Shown piece after piece: positions 24,282 through 37,429 of a stretch of 64,000 nt of DNA. The translations under genes were made by a program, and so were the position numbers. The stretch is from Lytechinus pictus (taxonomy: Eukaryota). The stretch lies in assembly GCF_037042905.1 (NCBI RefSeq), contig NC_087246.1, forward strand, positions 66,464,001 through 66,528,000, given 5' to 3'. A model generated the notes under the pieces. That model worked only from the letters and a program-made list of their open reading frames with translations. It was not told the origin of the DNA and searched no databases. Each line of letters opens with the position of its first letter. The stretch's first letter is position 1.

Positions 24282-24506
24282 CATTGGCGTAATGAGCCAA
24301 CCATAAACTTTAGCAATATCTATAACAAATTGCTAGCGAGCGAGCAATATTTTGACATTTAAAAAAGTATATAATTTTGTGATAGATTTTGGCATAATAG
24401 TCAGAAAATAATATATTTCACCATTCTCTCTTTGCTTTTCTTTCCCTTGGTCGTGATTTTTTTGGGGGACTCGCAAGCCCCCCCCCCCCCCATCCATACG
24501 CCACTG
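24282..24506. mobile_element. Small hAT-like MITE
   Basis: TIR cattggcgta / tacgccactg; near-TSD aaattaat / acattaat (7/8). Confidence 0.75.
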
Positions 24507-24639
24507 ACATTAATTTTATTCATTAATACGATGAAAAAATTATTACTTTCGCTTGTACCTTCATTCTTAGTCCTCGCCAGCAATCCACCAACATTATACG
24601 ACTTTCACTGTCACCACCACCAGGCGCAGATAAATAGCC

Positions 24640-25145
24640 GATGGCCCCCCCCCCCAAAAAAAAAAAAGGGGGGGGGAGGAAGGGAAACGGAGAGGGGAAA
24701 GAAAGGGAAGATAAAAGAAGATATAAATAGAGTGGAAGGGGGAGAGGAAAAAGGGAAAAAAACAAAAATATGATAGACTCTTAAGGGTATGGCTCTCTGA
24801 GGCGAAGGACGAAGATAGCCCAGCCAAAAAAGGAAATGAAAGAAAGAAAGAAAGAAAAAGAAAGAAAGAAATCTAAGAGCCTAAAATCCATTGCCTCCTT
24901 TTGTTTCAAATATATTGGGAGTTGGATCCAGGGGTCGAAGCAGCCACGGCACACTAATGGCGGCACCCCCACCCCCAAAAAAAAAGCAGAATAAGGGAAG
25001 AGAGAAGAGAAAAAGAAGAAAAATTAAAAATGAAGACAAAAGGAAGGGGTAAAGAAAAGAAGAGGAAGGAGAAAACAAAATGAAGAAAAGTTTTTTTTTT
25101 TTTAAATGAGAGGAGAGGAGAGGGAGAATTGGCAAAGAAAACAAA
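24640..25145. repeat. Purine-rich (GA/GAAA) low-complexity tract with poly-C/poly-G blocks; probably decayed repeat interiors
   Basis: Long A/G-only stretches such as aaagaaagaaagaaagaaaaagaaag. Confidence 0.7.
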
Positions 25146-25489
25146 ACCTTTTAGCTCGTATTCCCCGTGTAATGAGATTTTTTTTTACATATCAATTATC
25201 ATGTTAAAGATGGTTAGATGGCGCTCAAAATATCATGTTTTTAAGTCAATATAGATCTTACATTATCAAAACTGCAGCCGGGATGTAATTATATACAGTG
25301 GAAACACAATTGACAGCGGAAAATGGGTAGTATACAATCCTGCAAGAGAATGAAGGTTGAGAAAGGATCTCGATGAACTTTTGGGATCTTTACCTTTTTA
25401 CCAGATGGAAACGTTTCCCAAAGCTTATCAATTGAATTCATCTTTATCATGTTTACATTAAAAAAAAAATGTGATCGTATGAAACATCG

Positions 25490-25700
25490 AGATCATAATC
25501 ATCAGTAATCAACACCATTATTATCATCATTGCAACCACCACTAACATCATCATCACCATTACAACCACTACCCCCATTAAATCAGCATCATTATCACCA
25601 TTCATACCACCCATTTCCAACACCATCGCCATGACGCAATCATCATCATAATCACCAATCGATCATCAAATTTTCACGACCAACATCATCAGTTCCATCC
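25490..25700. repeat. Degenerate (CAT/CAC)n microsatellite
   Basis: catcatcaccat-type degenerate repeats. Confidence 0.7.
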
Positions 25701-25971
25701 AATTTCTAATCCTCTTCATAGATGAACAAACTGGGCATCAAAAATAGGTCATCACATAAAACATTGGGGCGTTGCAAGAAACTTGCAATCAATGGTAAGT
25801 AAAATTTGGGTTTTAGAATCAATCTGGAGTCCTTTAATTAATTGCAAATTTGCACTAGATTGTTGGACTGCTTTTTGAAGTCATAATGATTTGCTTTAAA
25901 TTTTATCAATCAATTGAAAAATATAAATGGAGATATCGGAACAGATGTCAGTGGTGACACATTTGCTCCTG

Positions 25972-26122
25972 CGTTATTTCGGAACCGCGCACCCGGACGT
26001 GCAAATTTGGTCTCAAAAGATGCGCAAGACTTGAAAGTAAGGTCAGCGAGCAGCGCGGTCAAAAAAAATTTGTGCGACGACGTAGTGATGAGATTTGTCA
26101 CCCCCTGTTTAATAAGGGTTAA
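25972..26122. mobile_element. One end of a piggyBac-like non-autonomous element
   Basis: CpG-rich fragment ending ...aataaggg|ttaa; no matching left end seen. Confidence 0.45.
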
Positions 26123-29100
26123 AATTACAACATAATACAAAGCAAATTCATCACAACCAGACCACAAGAAACCTAGACAAAGTGAATAAGTACTCCAGAA
26201 TTTCATCTTCATACAATTCAGAATTTAATTTTGGACTATACACAACATGATAAATCTCATTTTTCTTTTCAATGTTCTACCTTTGCACATTTTCTTCAGA
26301 CTATAAAAGTTAACAGCAACGATTTCATACACCCTCCTATACAGTGTTATGTTGTTAGTAGTACAGTTTTAACAAGTCATAGTTAAAGTATGCTTATATA
26401 TTAATCATTTTTTCTGTTGTCTTCAGTATCATACATACATGTCCCTTTATTAATGAAACCTACAATAAAAACAACGATACAATATTTTTGCAATACATCA
26501 AAACTGTCACTCCCAATAGCACATTGCTAATATATCAAGTACTATTAAGTATATTCACTTCGTCAATCCATCACGATGAAAGACAATTCTAGAAATATTA
26601 GCGTTTTTTTTTACAACAGATTTATCTGGGCATGGTGAAATTAAAAAAAAACCTGCTGATTTTGATGAACTCATGAACAGCGAGCATAAACCATGCATTA
26701 AAAAGTGACTTGTAATATTATCCATCATACAGATCACTCATAAAATCTGGATTATGATCATTGTATAAAAACCATTTGAAACACAACTTGTGCTGATCCA
26801 CACACGTTACAATAAAAGGCACAAGTAAAATGAGAGTAACTGATGAAATTCAATAGTACGGTCTGTACTGAGCAATCAGAATTCTGATGGTATTCTCAGC
26901 GAGACAAAAAGGGTTGGATAAGAATGTGAGAAACAAGCACTTAAAGCTGACATAAAGGATGATTACACTTTTATGGTCTACCTTTAAAGGCAAAAAATAG
27001 TGAGTGCATGGCACTTGCCCATTTCTTTCAGAAGATTCATGAATTTTGATGGTGTCATCAAATAGGCAATTACACAGACGAGTTACTGCTGGAACTAGGT
27101 ATTGCTTTATTTGGCAGTACGCAAGCAAATGATTTTGAGGAATTGCTAAGGATATATTATTATTTCAAATAAAATCTAACTTTTTGATATTATTCCATGT
27201 TTGATAAAGCATAGATATCTTGTATGTTATCCAGGAGTACAGGGGATGTTGAAGTTATCTACGATAAAATAAATGCAGCATGACACAAAAACCAGCATCA
27301 TTCAATGTAAACAATAGTAATAAAAATATAGTACAGATACAATAAAGAGCAACTATATACTGTTAACAAAATAAACTTTGAAAAAAAAAATGGATCATGC
27401 ACATGACATGAACTTGCAAAGTAAATACTGTGCGATAAACTCATTATATTGCTTCCTAAAAAAAGTACTCGATTAGTACCATTGAGCAAAGGTTGATAGA
27501 ATATGGTGAATTTAAACAGTATTTGATTTGTAGATTAAACACTCCATAGGGTAATTGTTTATTCAGTGGGGAAAAAATTGTTTAATATCACTTTTATCAG
27601 ACACACTTCTTAAGTATTGTCATGGTTTATATTTCATGATTTTGGTTTCAACGAAATCTTCAATAATGAATTCAAACTGTTTTCTAATTTCAGAATTTAA
27701 AATGGCTTGCTCAGGATTTATAATAAAAAAGCAATCAGATATATACACTTTGGTAGGATGAAAAATATGCCAAGAAAAAAACGGTACACACATTTGAAAG
27801 AATATAAAAATAGACAATATCATACTATAAAATAGACATTTAAAAATTCAATGCATGACATAATAGTTTGAAATCACTCTGAATTACTCATTTATAACAA
27901 GAATATGCCATAAATGAAAGATGACAATCAACTGTACATCATTATCATACATCATAATAAACCTGATGTGATATCTATTCAGTAAAATAATGAAGGGATA
28001 TATATAGAGAGAGAAACTACATTCATAATGGGGACTTCCAATATGGACAAATATGGGACATAACCAGACAGGTCGAGATAATAGTTGGTACAATTACAAA
28101 AAGCATCGAATTAAGATGGCATTTAACACAAGTGCACTACACAACAGAAGCTTCCTAGTTCGAAGCAGGCCTTTCGTTGTGGTCGTGAACTTGTAAATCT
28201 CACAAATGTGCAGTGATGTCAATCACTCAGAAATAAGAGGTTTATAATTTTAGCAGGAACAGGGGGGTGTAGTATTGGGAATAGCTAATCCAATTGAAAT
28301 AAATGGTTTCTAGGGCAAAGAGCTCAAGCTAAAAGGAGCGAAAGGCAGGATCAGGGGTCAACTGTCACAAAAAGATGTGAGAGATTCAAATCAAACTCAA
28401 ATTTGTGATAGATCTCATTGTCTTTTTTAAACATTTGAGATCTCTGATTGAATTAAAATTTAACTTCTGCACCTCTTTGCAAAATGGGCCCCTAATAGGC
28501 AATAAAGTACAAAATTATGAGGACCTACCAGTGACCATCACAACACAAATATGAGGGATATCAATGTAATTTGCCATTATCTAACAGTATTGAAAAACAA
28601 AATCTGAACCTATCTTTACAGCAAACAGCTCCCACATACATGTACTTATCAATGTTAACCTCAATCAAAAGCTTCCTACTTGCACATATTAGTTAGTTCC
28701 AGTGTAACAAATTGCATCGCTTATGCTACAGAACATTATACCCCTTACAATTTGAACAGAATTCATCAACATTTGCATTGATTACTCAATCCTGCTGGCA
28801 TAATAAATTTGAGGTATTAGTTACACTGATATGAAAATAAAGTCAATGTGAATAAATAATTGTCCCAAAATGGCAGAAACGTGGTTGTCACACACCACCA
28901 CAAGGTATGCAATGCTGGGGTCGTAAATCTTGGGGTCTAAAGATGTTAGGTTGTTTTCTCATAATTTTAACCCAAATTTATTTATCTAATGAATTACTAA
29001 ATTGGAATTTCATCCACACTTCTACAGAATGCTATTTTGTGTTTGTTTGCCTTGACATCCATGAAATAATTGTTCACTCCACATCTTTTTAAAAACCTTA

Positions 29101-29664
29101 TTTCATAATTTTGTTCTAGATAATTTTTACTGCAGAATTTAAATCATTTGTATCAGATGAATGGATAGACTACTGGCATTCCATGAAAATATGGTCTAAC
29201 TTAACCTTGGGTAAAATCAATTAATACTATGAAAATACCAGCAATTTTTTTATTCTTCAAAGGCTCTATGCTGTTAACTGAGTGCTCCTTCTGCAAATAA
29301 AAAGAGCTTTGCAGGAATATCATCTAAAAAGCTATCCATGGGCATGGTAGTAGTGGGTATGAAGGCATACATATCGTCAATGAGTGAGGTTGTAGTATGT
29401 ATGCAGCACACTTGTGGAAGAAGGAAGTATGTACGAAAGTCCATCCGGTGAGGAAGAAAGCCCACTTCTTGTTATACGGGAAGTTCCTGAAAAGTGATAA
29501 AAGGCAAGAGGGGAAAACTGTAAGTCCCATTTCTTTAACTATTACATTCCTCCTGGTGAGCACGATCATTTCCAATACAACATTTTATCTTAATTCTGTC
29601 AAAGTTTTTGGTAAATATTACTCCCAAGTCTGGAGGCTCATGTCGGATACATACTATATGGTCT

Positions 29665-29673
29665 TCATGTGAG
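29665..29673 (-). CDS. PPP4R1: PPP4R1 probable terminal coding exon (L-T-stop), followed by a long AT-rich 3' UTR
   Basis: Strong acceptor ttttttgttttgtattag|CTCACATGA, phase 0 after exon 30111; too short to check by homology. Confidence 0.55.
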   Translation of the reverse strand, partial: LT

Positions 29674-30110
29674 CTAATACAAAACAAAAAAACAAAAAAA
29701 ATAAATGATGTAATAAATGGCTTTTAAAACTAAACAACCCTTTTCAAAATCAATTAAGTATTATCAGTCAAAGGAAGTGTAAGGACAAACAAACCTAAAA
29801 ATGTAGATGTAGAAATGAAATCAACACATCTAATGACAATTTGCCACTAGATTCAACATTTCATTATATGAATACTATCATTACATTCAGGCCATGATCT
29901 AACTCTGAGATACAATTATGGGAAGCTAAAGATGTAAAAATTGTATATTTCTCATGTGAACTGTGCCCTTTCCTCTTAATTATAAGAAACAAGAAAGATC
30001 TTTGAAATTTGAAATTCTTTCAAGATCAATGAAATTTCAAAAAGTAGGCTATCCCCAACAAAATATAGAGCAACTATGAATGTGAGAATGGTGAAACATT
30101 AATCTCTTAC

Positions 30111-30253
30111 CCCTTCTGCATAATGAACCTTGGCATCGCCAGAAGGTCCCAGGCAGGAATAGTACCTAACATCCCGATCCTCATCTCCACGTAGCCGACT
30201 AAGACATTCCAGCATCTCGTCCCGATAAGGGTTCTCAGTATGATCAAAATAAT
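30111..30253 (-). CDS. PPP4R1: PPP4R1 exon (N)YFDHTENPYRDEMLECLSRLRGDEDRDVRYYSCLGPSGDAKVHYAEG
   Basis: tatacag acceptor / gtaag donor, phase 1 to 0; D.DRDVRYY matches the last HEAT repeat. Confidence 0.9.
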
Positions 30254-30439
30254 CTGTATAAGATAAAAATGAGATAAAAATAGTACATATTAAAAACTCT
30301 GTTGAAACTAAAACACCTGCAGAGACTTCATCCTTTCTGTTAACAGTTTGGAATTGGATTCATCATCTCTATCTTACAATATTACAGAAATTATGTCTTT
30401 CAAATTGCAAAGTGTGATAAAATCAAGATAGATTCTGGA

Positions 30440-30590
30440 AATGTTGTGGTCTGGAGGTTCTGGTATTTGAATCAAAGGGGGTCATGGGTTCAAATCCCAG
30501 ACATGGCATTATTTCCTTCAGCAAGAAAATGATCCAAACTGTGCTGCAATTAACCAAGGAGAGGAGAATGGGTGCCCAGTAGTATAATCT
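30440..30590 (+). mobile_element. Decayed tRNA-derived SINE in a PPP4R1 intron
   Basis: tgtggtct...gggttcaaatccca (B-box), then tttccttcagcaaga...tgtgctgca...aatgggtgccc SINE-body-like sequence. Confidence 0.6.
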
Positions 30591-31878
30591 CCTTAAATGC
30601 ACCAATCGCCTTTTGCATAATAAATCTATATGGCCTGAATCTTCTCACAAATAATTACATACCATATTTATGTGGTATGTCTCCATGGTTGGATAATCAG
30701 GTTTTATTTTTTTACTGTGGGGCGATTCCATACGTGTCGTAGAGGATATTTCAACAATTTCTAGTCTCTTAGCTGAATGCTTGACCAACAAAATGTTGTT
30801 TTTTGTTAATAAGTTATAGTGAGAAGTCATGATAAATACCAAAAAATATTCTATCATATGGGTGAAAATTTTAAGTGGATGAGAAAATGTCCTCTACGAC
30901 ATGCAACATTTTCACCTCTAATTCACCCATGGACAACATATTTGTATTGATTGTCAATAGAATTTCCCGGTTTGTTAAGACAGCAGGTTGAAAAGTGTTG
31001 TGAAAATGACAGATTTTTAAAGCCAGAAATTGCCCTGTGATGTAAAGTTTGATTTGCGCCAAAGGCATGGCTGCAATGAATAATCCAGAGGTCAACGATG
31101 TTATAATCCTACACTTGCAAATCCCTTTTCAATGAAACTTACTTGAATTTATACTAAAAAGTGTTAATTAAACAATTCCAATGTTAATCATTGAAAATGT
31201 GTTTTGCAATGGATCATCATGCAAACCTTGTAGGATTGTGACATAATTGACATCTGAATTCATTATTGTAGTCATACCTTACTTATGCGCAAATCAAAAT
31301 TTACACCACGGCAAAGAATACCAACTGATTATCCAAGCATGAAGACATACCACATAAATATGGCTTCAATTTATTTGGGAGAAGATACTCTTTCCAGTCA
31401 TATATAGTGATTACCGGTATGTGTTCATTACATTTTCCCCCTCATATTTGGGATTTGTGAGGTGTCCATTTTTTTTTTTTACTTACACAGAAGTATTATT
31501 CTGCAAGTTATTGACCTTCTCATAAGCCGTCACCCCATTGCGATGAACCGTCAACGTGTTCAACAGAAAACTGGTCACACCTCTCGGACCACACACCATC
31601 ACAAGCCAGAGAACAGCCCAAAAAAGCCGTGCCCGGTTAAAGTAAAGTTTACTGACATGCCCTTTAACCATATATGGCAAATACTGGTTTGTATTGCAAG
31701 TTTTGATACTGAAAAACATGTGGTAGGCAAGAGTGCCACTGGCTGGGAGGATACAAGTTACATAGGGGATAACAAGCTATGTGGAGAGCTGCGCTGTGGA
31801 AAGAGGCTAACTGGTGGATCCTAACTGCACTACAAAAACACATTTGCAAAAAAAAGAGCTAACTGGAAATAGACTTAC

Positions 31879-32039
31879 TGATTAGAAGAATGTATTCTGT
31901 GAGCGTCCTAGCCAGTGTGAGCCTAACATTCGGAATAGGATCCTCCTCAAGATGAAGTAAACTAGGTAGAAACTCAACGGCAAATATGTTTGGTTCAACA
32001 GACTGATCCTGTAGTAGGCGCTGACATAGATGACAAAAC
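31879..32039 (-). CDS. PPP4R1: PPP4R1 exon FCHLCQRLLQDQSVEPNIFAVEFLPSLLHLEEDPIPNVRLTLARTLTEYILLI
   Basis: AG/GT boundaries, phase 2 to 1; D.IPNVR HEAT motif. Confidence 0.95.
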
Positions 32040-32632
32040 CTGCAACAAGAATAGAACAAAATCAAAGTGTGATCTTGAGAGTGTTTGATTAACTTTTGAT
32101 TGTCAGTGTGGTATAAGGACATTCAGAAGAATGAGTTGACAAACAGGATTTGATGTTATATAATCCCAAACATCTGTAAATAATCAGGACTGCTGTCTTC
32201 TCAAACTTTTGTTTTCTGAGCCACTGTGTCTTTGAGAAGCAGACAACAAATCCTAGAGGGAATAAAAAATTGTTTACTCCGATCCCCCAAACTAATTTCT
32301 ATGATAAAATGTGCACTGCTCTTGCAGATAAAAAAATATATATTCTTGTTACTTGAAAGTGACAAACATCCAATTACCTATGCTTGTGTAGGTTTTATGA
32401 AATAGATACATAACAATGATTTTTGTCAATAAAATATGAGAAAAGCACATTTTATGAATCATGGTAATCCAAGCCCTTGTGTAATTAAAGATCAGAGGAC
32501 CTGTGTCAACTCAGATTTGTATAACCACCAACAGCACTTAAAATTGTAGGCAAAGGTATGGGATAAGATTAACATTATTCATGTGGCCCTATTCGTAGGT
32601 AAAAGTGATTGAGAGACTAGATGAAGACTTAC

Positions 32633-32748
32633 GCCTGCCTGTGTGCCCATCTTGGGCTCTGAGCATAATTGATGACTATCTCCTGGACGAAGGTCTTTCT
32701 CAAGTCACCATTGTTGGAGGACATGATAATCTTTGCAATCACGCTCAA
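32633..32748 (-). CDS. PPP4R1: PPP4R1 exon LSVIAKIIMSSNNGDLRKTFVQEIVINYAQSPRWAHRQ(A)
   Basis: caacag acceptor / gtaag donor, phase 0 to 2; P.W..RQ motif. Confidence 0.92.
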
Positions 32749-33114
32749 CTGTTGAAAGAAAAGAGTAACATATAAAGAGCATAGAAATCACATCAAATTG
32801 AGTTATCAAAATTGTCGGTGGTGTGTGGTGGAGGGGGAAAAAAAAAAAAATCATTAACAGAAATTACATTGTGCAGAAACTGTAATACATAGTTTTAATG
32901 GGACTGATAATAATCTTTTGGTTGCCTCTTACCACATGTTGACTTTTTTACATGAATGTAAAAATTATATTTATTTGTTGTATGTGTTGCTACATTAATG
33001 CATTTACATATGTTATTTTACATTGTATGTAAATATTTTTATAGGGTTAATAAATGAATTGAATAGGGATGATTATGCTTTCACAATGATTGTCTATTTC
33101 TAATTATCACTCAC

Positions 33115-33235
33115 CAGTTTATATGACGTAAACCTGACATCAGCCACCCTATCACCAGCAAGCTTGGTAGCTATGGGTAAGATGTTATCACACACATCAC
33201 TTGGATCGTACAGATCACACAGCAAGATCAGTTGC
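33115..33235 (-). CDS. PPP4R1: PPP4R1 exon QLILLCDLYDPSDVCDNILPIATKLAGDRVADVRFTSYKL
   Basis: ttcag acceptor / gtgag donor, phase 2 to 0; DRVADVR HEAT motif. Confidence 0.95.
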
Positions 33236-33978
33236 CTGAAAGTGAAGAGATATGGAATTCATTATCACCAATGTTTTCAGACTGGAAACAACATTTCAGT
33301 GGGAAAGCAGAGTGAAATCAGTGGATGTGGATCATAATCTATGCCTTTATCATCTTTTTGAGTTCAGAGACTCTAAAAAATTGTTAATTGCTAATACTTT
33401 GCCCCTAGCATCTAGAAAGAAAGTGTCCCGAAATTCTTTTTGTTCAGCTTCCAAGTGGTGAAAAAATATGAATTCAATAAAGATTTATATCACTCTCATA
33501 ATGTCACTATCAGTAGTTGCCATCTAATTCTATGAATACCATGGAAGTCATATAGTGCATGAAGGCAACAGCAGCAAATGAATAATTTACACTGATAAAC
33601 CGAGAATGAATCCAAATGAAATTTTCACATGTTTAGATCTCATTCCAGCTATCTAAAAGTTACTGGTTTTCTCCTGAGGATGACAAGAACACACTTGTCG
33701 ACACATCGAGATTGGGTGGTCCTTTTCAGGACCAACACTTGCCCAAGAAAGTTACATGGTGTACCGTGAAACCTACTACACTATTACTGGTTTTAAATCC
33801 TTGAATAGGATCAACTCTTATCTCTTAGTTTTTCCTTCAAACCCTAGAGGAATTGTTCCTAAGAAGTCTTTCATTGACTTCCACAAACAAAATTTGCTCT
33901 CGTCCAATCAGATGCAAGATTTCATCAGCAAGTTGCTTTGTGAAACACAGCCCATGGCTGATCTCCATGTATACTCAC

Positions 33979-34079
33979 TCCGCTAGCTCAAGCCTGAAGC
34001 GCCAGTTCCTTTGGTTGTCTGTCGTCAGGAAGTCTGTCATCCGACTCAAGTACTGTCTCCTCAGCTCCGGTTGTAGTAA
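33979..34079 (-). CDS. PPP4R1: PPP4R1 exon LLQPELRRQYLSRMTDFLTTDNQRNWRFRLELA(E)
   Basis: AG acceptor / gtgag donor, phase 0 to 2; TDN.RNWRFR.ELAE is conserved in PPP4R1. Confidence 0.96.
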
Positions 34080-34617
34080 CTGCCATTTCCAAAGAAGAAA
34101 ACCAAAATTGATGGGGAAAAAAACACATATCATTGTTCGAAATAGAAATCTGAAATAGACATAAAATCCAAAAATTGCTTAAAAGGCTGAATGAATGAAG
34201 TGTTAGTGGTGATATCAATTGTATTTCACAAATTTTGTAGGCCAGTCCAAGCCAAAATTTATAGTACAATTGTACCTACATGCCTATAAAATAAGAGTTT
34301 ACAGCAACACAGCATTGTGAAATTAAATTTTTGCCAACTTCATATCTAGTACAAAATCCTGGATATACAAAAACAAAAATCACCAATGCACAATCAAGAA
34401 AGAATAGCATGAACAGTGGTAAAAATTAGTATTTTGATTTACCTCCATTATCAGGGGACTGTTTCATAACTATCTTATGAATATGATCAGCTTTGTGATT
34501 ACATTAACTACCATGGTAATAGGGATCAGTAGCAATTCAAAATGAATGTTTCACCTGGAGTTAACAAAATATCAAAGCTACTTTAATGAACATGGTTCCG
34601 ACAAGTTGTCTACTGAC

Positions 34618-34779
34618 CTTGACAAAATCAGCAAAGTGCTTGAGGACTCCTATCCTAACCTCATCCAAATCTCTTAGAAAGCCATTGAAGATAGGCACAA
34701 GGTCTGATGATGTGATGGCATCTCCTAAGATCAAGGCCATCTCGTGGATAGAGAAAGCCAATGTTCTTCTCACCTTCCA
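34618..34779 (-). CDS. PPP4R1: PPP4R1 exon WKVRRTLAFSIHEMALILGDAITSSDLVPIFNGFLRDLDEVRIGVLKHFADFVK
   Basis: Very close to the vertebrate PPP4R1 segment as I recall it; tttgcag acceptor / gtcag donor, phase 0 to 0. Confidence 0.98.
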
Positions 34780-35231
34780 CTGCAAAGAAGAGAGACATTG
34801 GTGTGGTCAATAAGATTTGAAAGGAAAGCCATTGAAGATTAGAACCTGAACACAATTTCAGGATGGCTGCCATCACAGACAATTATAATTATTAGTTTTA
34901 TTGTAACCTATGTCTGAGAGAGGAAAAGCAAACTGAATCACAGTGACCTGCAAGTCTCTCCTACCGATATAACTGATTGGGGGTATGCAGGTCAACCACT
35001 TCAAGGGAGTTTCCCCCTACTTTTGAACAAAGTGCAGTGGGTTATTAATATGTGTTAGGTGGTGACTCTCCTCTACATGACCCAAAATTAACATCCTATC
35101 CAAGGAACAAGTTGTTATACTCTGAAAGATATCAAATTCTTGCTTCTCAGTCATGAAAAGCAAGAAATACACTGATATTTACAGTCGATTAAAAACTGTT
35201 TATGATGACATGACAACAGGAAAACAGTCTT

Positions 35232-35695
35232 CTAGGGCCCTTTTTCATGAAGCTTTTCAGATTGAACAGTTAATAAATTTTGTCGAATTGAATAAAGACA
35301 GAGTGATACTGAGAGACTGTTAAGAGAATGAGGGAACAGAGTGATCAAGTTGCAACACCCTACTAATGACCAGGGGTCAGTTGCAGAAAGAGTGGCGTTT
35401 AAACGCAAGTCAAAAAAATCAATCGCAAGTCCCAAATGCGCGCTGTTGATGGGTTGAAAATGAAGTTGCGCATGATTTTTAGAGTTGCGATTGATTGCAA
35501 GTCTTTCTGCAACGGGCCACTGGTGGGTGTTTCATAAAGCTGATCATAAGTTACAAATATATTTAAGCATGACTGGTGACCCTTTCTTGGGCTATATAAC
35601 ATATTACTATGTAGCCAATTTGACAGCTAAGAACATGTTCCAGTCATGCCTAAAGTTGTTTGTAACTTTATGAACAGCTTTATGAAATGATGCGC
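35232..35695. mobile_element. Cluster of short palindromic Harbinger-like MITEs (~35374-35519, ~35523-35692, fragment at 35235)
   Basis: gttgcagaaaga / tctttctgcaac and tttcataaagctg / cagctttatgaaa inverted ends. Confidence 0.7.
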
Positions 35696-36780
35696 ACAAG
35701 TGATTGCACATCAGTTGCGATCAATACTAAAACTAACAAATCAATCAAAGGATCCCGTCTTTTTGTGGTACATGACCCTGAATTTTCTATCTTTGTTGAT
35801 TCATAATGCAAATTGGCAATGTCATCGAACTATGCTTTATCAGCATGGCATTTCTCTGATAAAATCAAGATAGCCTTCACTTATCTATCTAAAAAGAGAT
35901 CCAAGTCCAAAAGTCTACCTTATCTTGCCATCCATAATCCTTCTATTTGTACAGTATCGTTTTAGCATAGAAAACTTGACAGTGCATAAAAAGGCTTTGA
36001 TATTTCATTGGATTTTGATGCTTGAAAAGTAAATAAATAAATGGCCTATATTAAATACCATTCTGGGAATTTCTTGTGCTACCCTCTTATAATTATGTCA
36101 TTTTATGACTATAATGGCATCAACCAAAGACGCCAAAGTTTATAAATGATCAATTATATTTTCCTAAATTACCAAAGATCATTTAATTTTTAGAACTAGT
36201 GTAAGAAAAGGGATAAGCAATTATTTATTTAGCACTATTTGTACTTCCAAATCATTTTTTTCCACATTTTATAATTTTTTTCACTAGGAAATTCCAACCA
36301 TTCCTTACATCTGAACCCTACCCCCTCCTGTTTTCCACATTTCCTTCATTACATGAAGTATTCAAGCCATGATCATTTCAGGAAAGTCCCTCATGTAGAA
36401 GGGAGGTTGGTTGGATGTACAGGCTTCATGGAACAGCCCAGCTTTATTCTTCTCAAGAACCTTTTCTACACCGAGACAAGATTATTTTTCTCTTCATAAT
36501 TTTTAATGTTCAGCGACATTTTTACCGAGATCTTTGTCTCTTGCAATCTCAACACTTAATTGGAGGATTTTATTTTACTATCAAGAATGAGTGTAAATCA
36601 GGGAGTAGTGATAAACCATTGGTCTTTTGCTGATCCCTTACATCCCATTCATTAATTCATGTATTTTGTTACTAAATTTTACTATTGTAATGTGTATTTC
36701 ATTCTGGAATAATTTCATTGATTTGATTCTCGATGCACTGTATCGTGCTATGGAAATAATGAATTTGAAGTGACTCTCAC

Positions 36781-36969
36781 CTGCATGTCAGAGGCTAATG
36801 TTTCATAGATATCTTTGAGACAAGACCAGTTCTTGCGACCAAGGGTGAGGGCCACACCAGGTAGACTGTAGGCACAATGCTTGGCGATCTCTGTATCCAC
36901 TGCCTGAGCTATCCGTGGATCTGTCATTGAAAGATAGTTCTCCAGAAGAAGGTGTGGAATCACATCTTG
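36781..36969 (-). CDS. PPP4R1: PPP4R1 exon QDVIPHLLLENYLSMTDPRIAQAVDTEIAKHCAYSLPGVALTLGRKNWSCLKDIYETLASDMQ
   Basis: YLSMTDP...VDTEIAKHCAYSLPGVALTLGR.NW is characteristic of PPP4R1; aaacag acceptor / gtgag donor. Confidence 0.98.
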
Positions 36970-37429
36970 CTGTTTGGGGGGGAAGCAGATATCATGCTTC
37001 TGTATTAATTAATTTTAGATGTGGGTTTTCTTGGATGAGCATTGTAAGCACCTGCTGTTTGATAATTGTCTAAAGAGGTCTTGGCTGTTATCATAAATAG
37101 GCATCAGTAATATATCTTTATCAAAAGTTTGTAATCAGGATAATATGGAGCTTAGAACATTAGAAATGAGGAAGTCACTTGGGGAATATTTTAAAGAAGG
37201 AATCTATTTCATCACCCGTTGTTTTCAATTATTATCAAAGGCTCATGCACCTGCAACACACAAGAAATATAGTCACAAGTTGACATGTGCTCATATTCAT
37301 ATTCTGTATATGGAACTACAAATTTTAGTGTAAGATGAAACAAACATACATTAGAACCAACATTTACATAACAAGGGGATAAAAACCTCTACAGAAAGAA
37401 ATGAAAAAGAGAGGTAAAAAAGTGCTTAC

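Noticed and set aside
24432-25144. Lys/Gly-rich and Phe/Leu/Ser-rich ORFs
   Set aside because: Translations of purine-rich low-complexity repeat DNA.
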